From Octopus bimaculoides (lineage: Eukaryota): a stretch of 35,541 nucleotides of DNA. Both the position numbers and the translations under genes were made by a program. The notes under the pieces are model-generated. The model was not told the DNA's origin, made no database searches, and saw only the letters and a program-made list of their open reading frames with translations. The stretch lies in assembly GCF_001194135.2 (NCBI RefSeq), contig NC_069006.1:19140885-19176425 (forward strand), given 5' to 3'. Of the stretch, positions 32,850-35,541 are shown one piece after another (positions within the stretch are counted from its first letter, which is position 1; each line of letters opens with the position of its first letter).

Positions 32850-33834
32850 ATATTCTTTTCAAAATTTGGCATCACACCTGAACTAAAAATATAACTGAAA
32901 GTATAGGGAAAAAAATTATATGCAGGTTACACTGAGGCACATCTAGCACCATCACGTTTGCACACCAGTTGCGGAGCACTGCACTATGTATATACAGATA
33001 TATGCAAACATCTTTTTCTTTTCTAAATTTATAAATGGGAGGCCAGGCAAGGCTGGAGTTGCACCTGTTTGGCCAGAAGGAATCAGGCCTGAGTGAGACT
33101 CTATGTTGAAAGCAAAACATTTTAGAACACACAAAACTGGAAGTAAAAGTATGAGTTTGCCTGTTTGTTCTTAAATGACTAAAATGACACTTCTTTGGCA
33201 TGGTTTAGCTTGTTTGCTTATCCAACAGGACAAATATATTTGTTTACTAACATAGGTTGTAATTTCTGTGGTTTAAATATAACATAACTAAATACTAATT
33301 TCTGTACAGGTTAGCTTTTCCCTAAAATATACTGTTTTTTTTTTTTTGATTTTTGTTTTTTTGAATTGTGTGCTAATTGAGTTTTAATCTAATTTCTGCT
33401 TTAATTTGCCAAAAAAAAAAGAAAAACTTTGGATAACACAGTTTTCAATTTTTGTTGTTAAAATACCAAATAATTCAATATTAGTTTTTATACAGGTTAA
33501 ATACTTTGCAGGTGTTGTTGCTGTTGTTGTTGTTATTGTTGTTGTCATCAATATTATTGTTGTTAAAGTTTTGGTGTTGTTGAAAAATGACTTATTACAG
33601 CCATTATTATTATTATAAGGGGCATGTGGAACCTTGCACTTTAGACTAAAGCAGGGGTGTATGCGCTTCTGTATTTTAAGTATGTATATGTGTCTATGTT
33701 TGTTTACAGGTATGAGTGTATATATATATGTACATATGTATGTTTGTTTATGTATTTATATGAATGTAGGATGTATGTGTGTGTAGAATTTCTGGTCATG
33801 AAGATGTAATATGAAGCTTCCTTACTCAAGGGGT

Positions 33835-34120
33835 ACAGTGTTATATTTGGTACATTGTTGTGTTAGGTATGTAATTGTATTTGGTACACTGTTGTTGGGT
33901 ATATAGTTGTATTGGGTACACAGCTTTATTGGGTACATTATTATATTGGGTACATAGCTATATTGGGTACATTATTGTGTTGGGTACATTGTTGTGTTAG
34001 GCACATTGTTATATTGGGTACATTGTTATATTGTGAACATAGTTGTATTGGGTACATAGTTGTGTTAGGTACATTGTGGTATTGAGTATGTAGTTGTTTT
34101 GAGTAGATTGTTGTATTGAG
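33835..34120. repeat. About 17-nt minisatellite (TTGGGTACATTGTTGTA-like)
   Basis: Repeated GGTACAT(T/A)GTT(G/A)T(A/G)TT units. Confidence 0.85.
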
Positions 34121-34308
34121 TTCATTGTTTTGTTTTAAAGCTGCTGCTGTTAATTAGATTTCTCCCAAAGAAGTCTTCCATACCCAGGTTACAGGGTCTT
34201 ACTTAAGAGTATGTATCTTATGCCTGAAAAATCTTATTGAAATATTTTTGTGTTTGAATCGTAAACTATTGACAACCATTGTTGATGACAGCGTCTTTTG
34301 GGTTTCAG

Positions 34309-34401
34309 ATTCGAACCGAAATTTGTCCGACTGGCGCTTAGAAAGTCTCGAACAACTCCAGGAATCAAGTTCCGATGATGATGAGTTCTATGATGCCCTT
34401 G
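34309..34401 (+). CDS. PITPNM: PITPNM-like FFAT exon: (D)SNRNLSDWRLESLEQLQESSSDDDEFYDAL
   Basis: Acceptor GGGTTTCAG, donor TG|GTATGT, 93 nt, phase 1 to 1. Parallels the Nir2 LSEWRMQ..SSEEEFFDAHE segment. Confidence 0.93.
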
Positions 34402-34650
34402 GTATGTTTGTCTTTCTGTTTTGATATTCACAATGTGTTCTTGTATTTAGAATAGGCTCAAAATGGTAACAGCTGCAGCCATACAGCTTAACATACTAAA
34501 TCCAACTCTCTTTTTTCTGTCAATGAAACCATTAAATGGATAGTTAAAAGATGCTTCTGTGCATGGTCAATCTGCTAGAAATAGTTGCCAAATCTTCTTC
34601 GGTTAACACCACATCATCAACATCATCATTGTTATCACCATCATCATTGG

Positions 34651-34687
<37 letters not shown>

Positions 34688-35541
34688 TCCACCTTCATCC
34701 ATCATCACCCCCATAATCATCATCACCATCATCATTATCATCATCAACACTGCCACCACCACCACCATTGTCATCATCACCCCACCCCCATAATCATCAT
34801 TATTACCTTCATCACCATCAACCATCATTATCACCATCGCTGTCATTGTTGGTATTGTCATTTTTACATCTGCTTTATTTTTTTCATGCTGGTATGGGTT
34901 GCATGTGACTTGTTGAGGATGTTCCATGACTGGTGAACCCTTCTTGCCATCAACCCCTGCTTGTTTCTCATGTAGGGTACTCTATTCTACATCGTTTCAC
35001 ATGCCTGATGTTTCGTTTACTAGAGACATAAGCAATATTGCCACTGATGCTGTGTCTGTATGAAGGCACACNNNNNNNNNNNNNNNNNNNNNNNNNNNNN
35101 NNNNNNNNNNNNNNNNNNNNNNNNNNNNNNNNNNNNNNNNNNNNNNNNNNNNNNNNNNNNNNNNNNNNNNNNNNNNNNNNNNNNNNNNNNNNNNNNNNNN
35201 NNNNNNNNNNNNNNNNNNNNNNNNNNNNNNNNNNNNNNNNNNNNNNNNNNNNNNNNNNNNNNNNNNNNNNNNNNNNNNNNNNNNNNNNNNNNNNNNNNNN
35301 NNNNNNNNNNNNNNNNNNNNNNNCATACAAATGCACACACACAAACACAAACTCAAACACACACATGCTCTCACACACACACACACACACACACTCACAC
35401 TCACACTCACACTCGCACACGCACACTCACACACACACAAATGCACGCAGTCACACACACACTGACACAAACACTCACACTCACACAAACATGCTCTCAC
35501 ACAAACACACTTACACAAACACACACACACAAACACACACA

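Noticed and set aside
34960-35030. Acceptor CTCATGTAG as the next PITPNM exon
   Set aside because: It lies within a SINE-like repeat, gives Gly rather than Glu at FFAT position 7, and reaches TAA within about 17 codons.

Overview
AT-rich, microsatellite-rich eukaryotic scaffold with four N gaps (6976-7529, 20273-20973, 28536-28545, 35072-35323). The repeat families look cephalopod, probably Octopus; this is inferred from recognising them, not from a search. The window holds the 5' half of one + strand gene, a class IIA phosphatidylinositol transfer protein (PITPNM / Nir2-3 / Drosophila rdgB-like). Six coding exons (2557-2634, 17762-17894, 21693-21896, 25295-25543, 26365-26709, 34309-34401) splice in frame with GT-AG boundaries. 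Together they give 1102 nt covering the PITP domain, a Ser/Thr-rich linker and an FFAT motif (EFYDAL). A seventh, 45-nt candidate cassette exon lies at 28266-28310. The downstream DDHD/LNS2 exons expected for this family are not in the window. The introns are filled with tRNA-derived SINEs, RTE-type LINE relics, hAT and Tc1/mariner relics, several MITEs, a probable solo LTR and satellites. Apart from fragments of these exons and transposon relics, the ORF track is microsatellite, SINE or gap noise. I found no convincing wholly new biological system. The best leads are the cassette exon, a recursive-splice-like site in the 15-kb intron, a near-perfect hairpin of about 190 nt near exon 3, a CRE/ETS-bearing solo LTR, the FFAT codon split by an intron, and SINEs that swap heads and tails.
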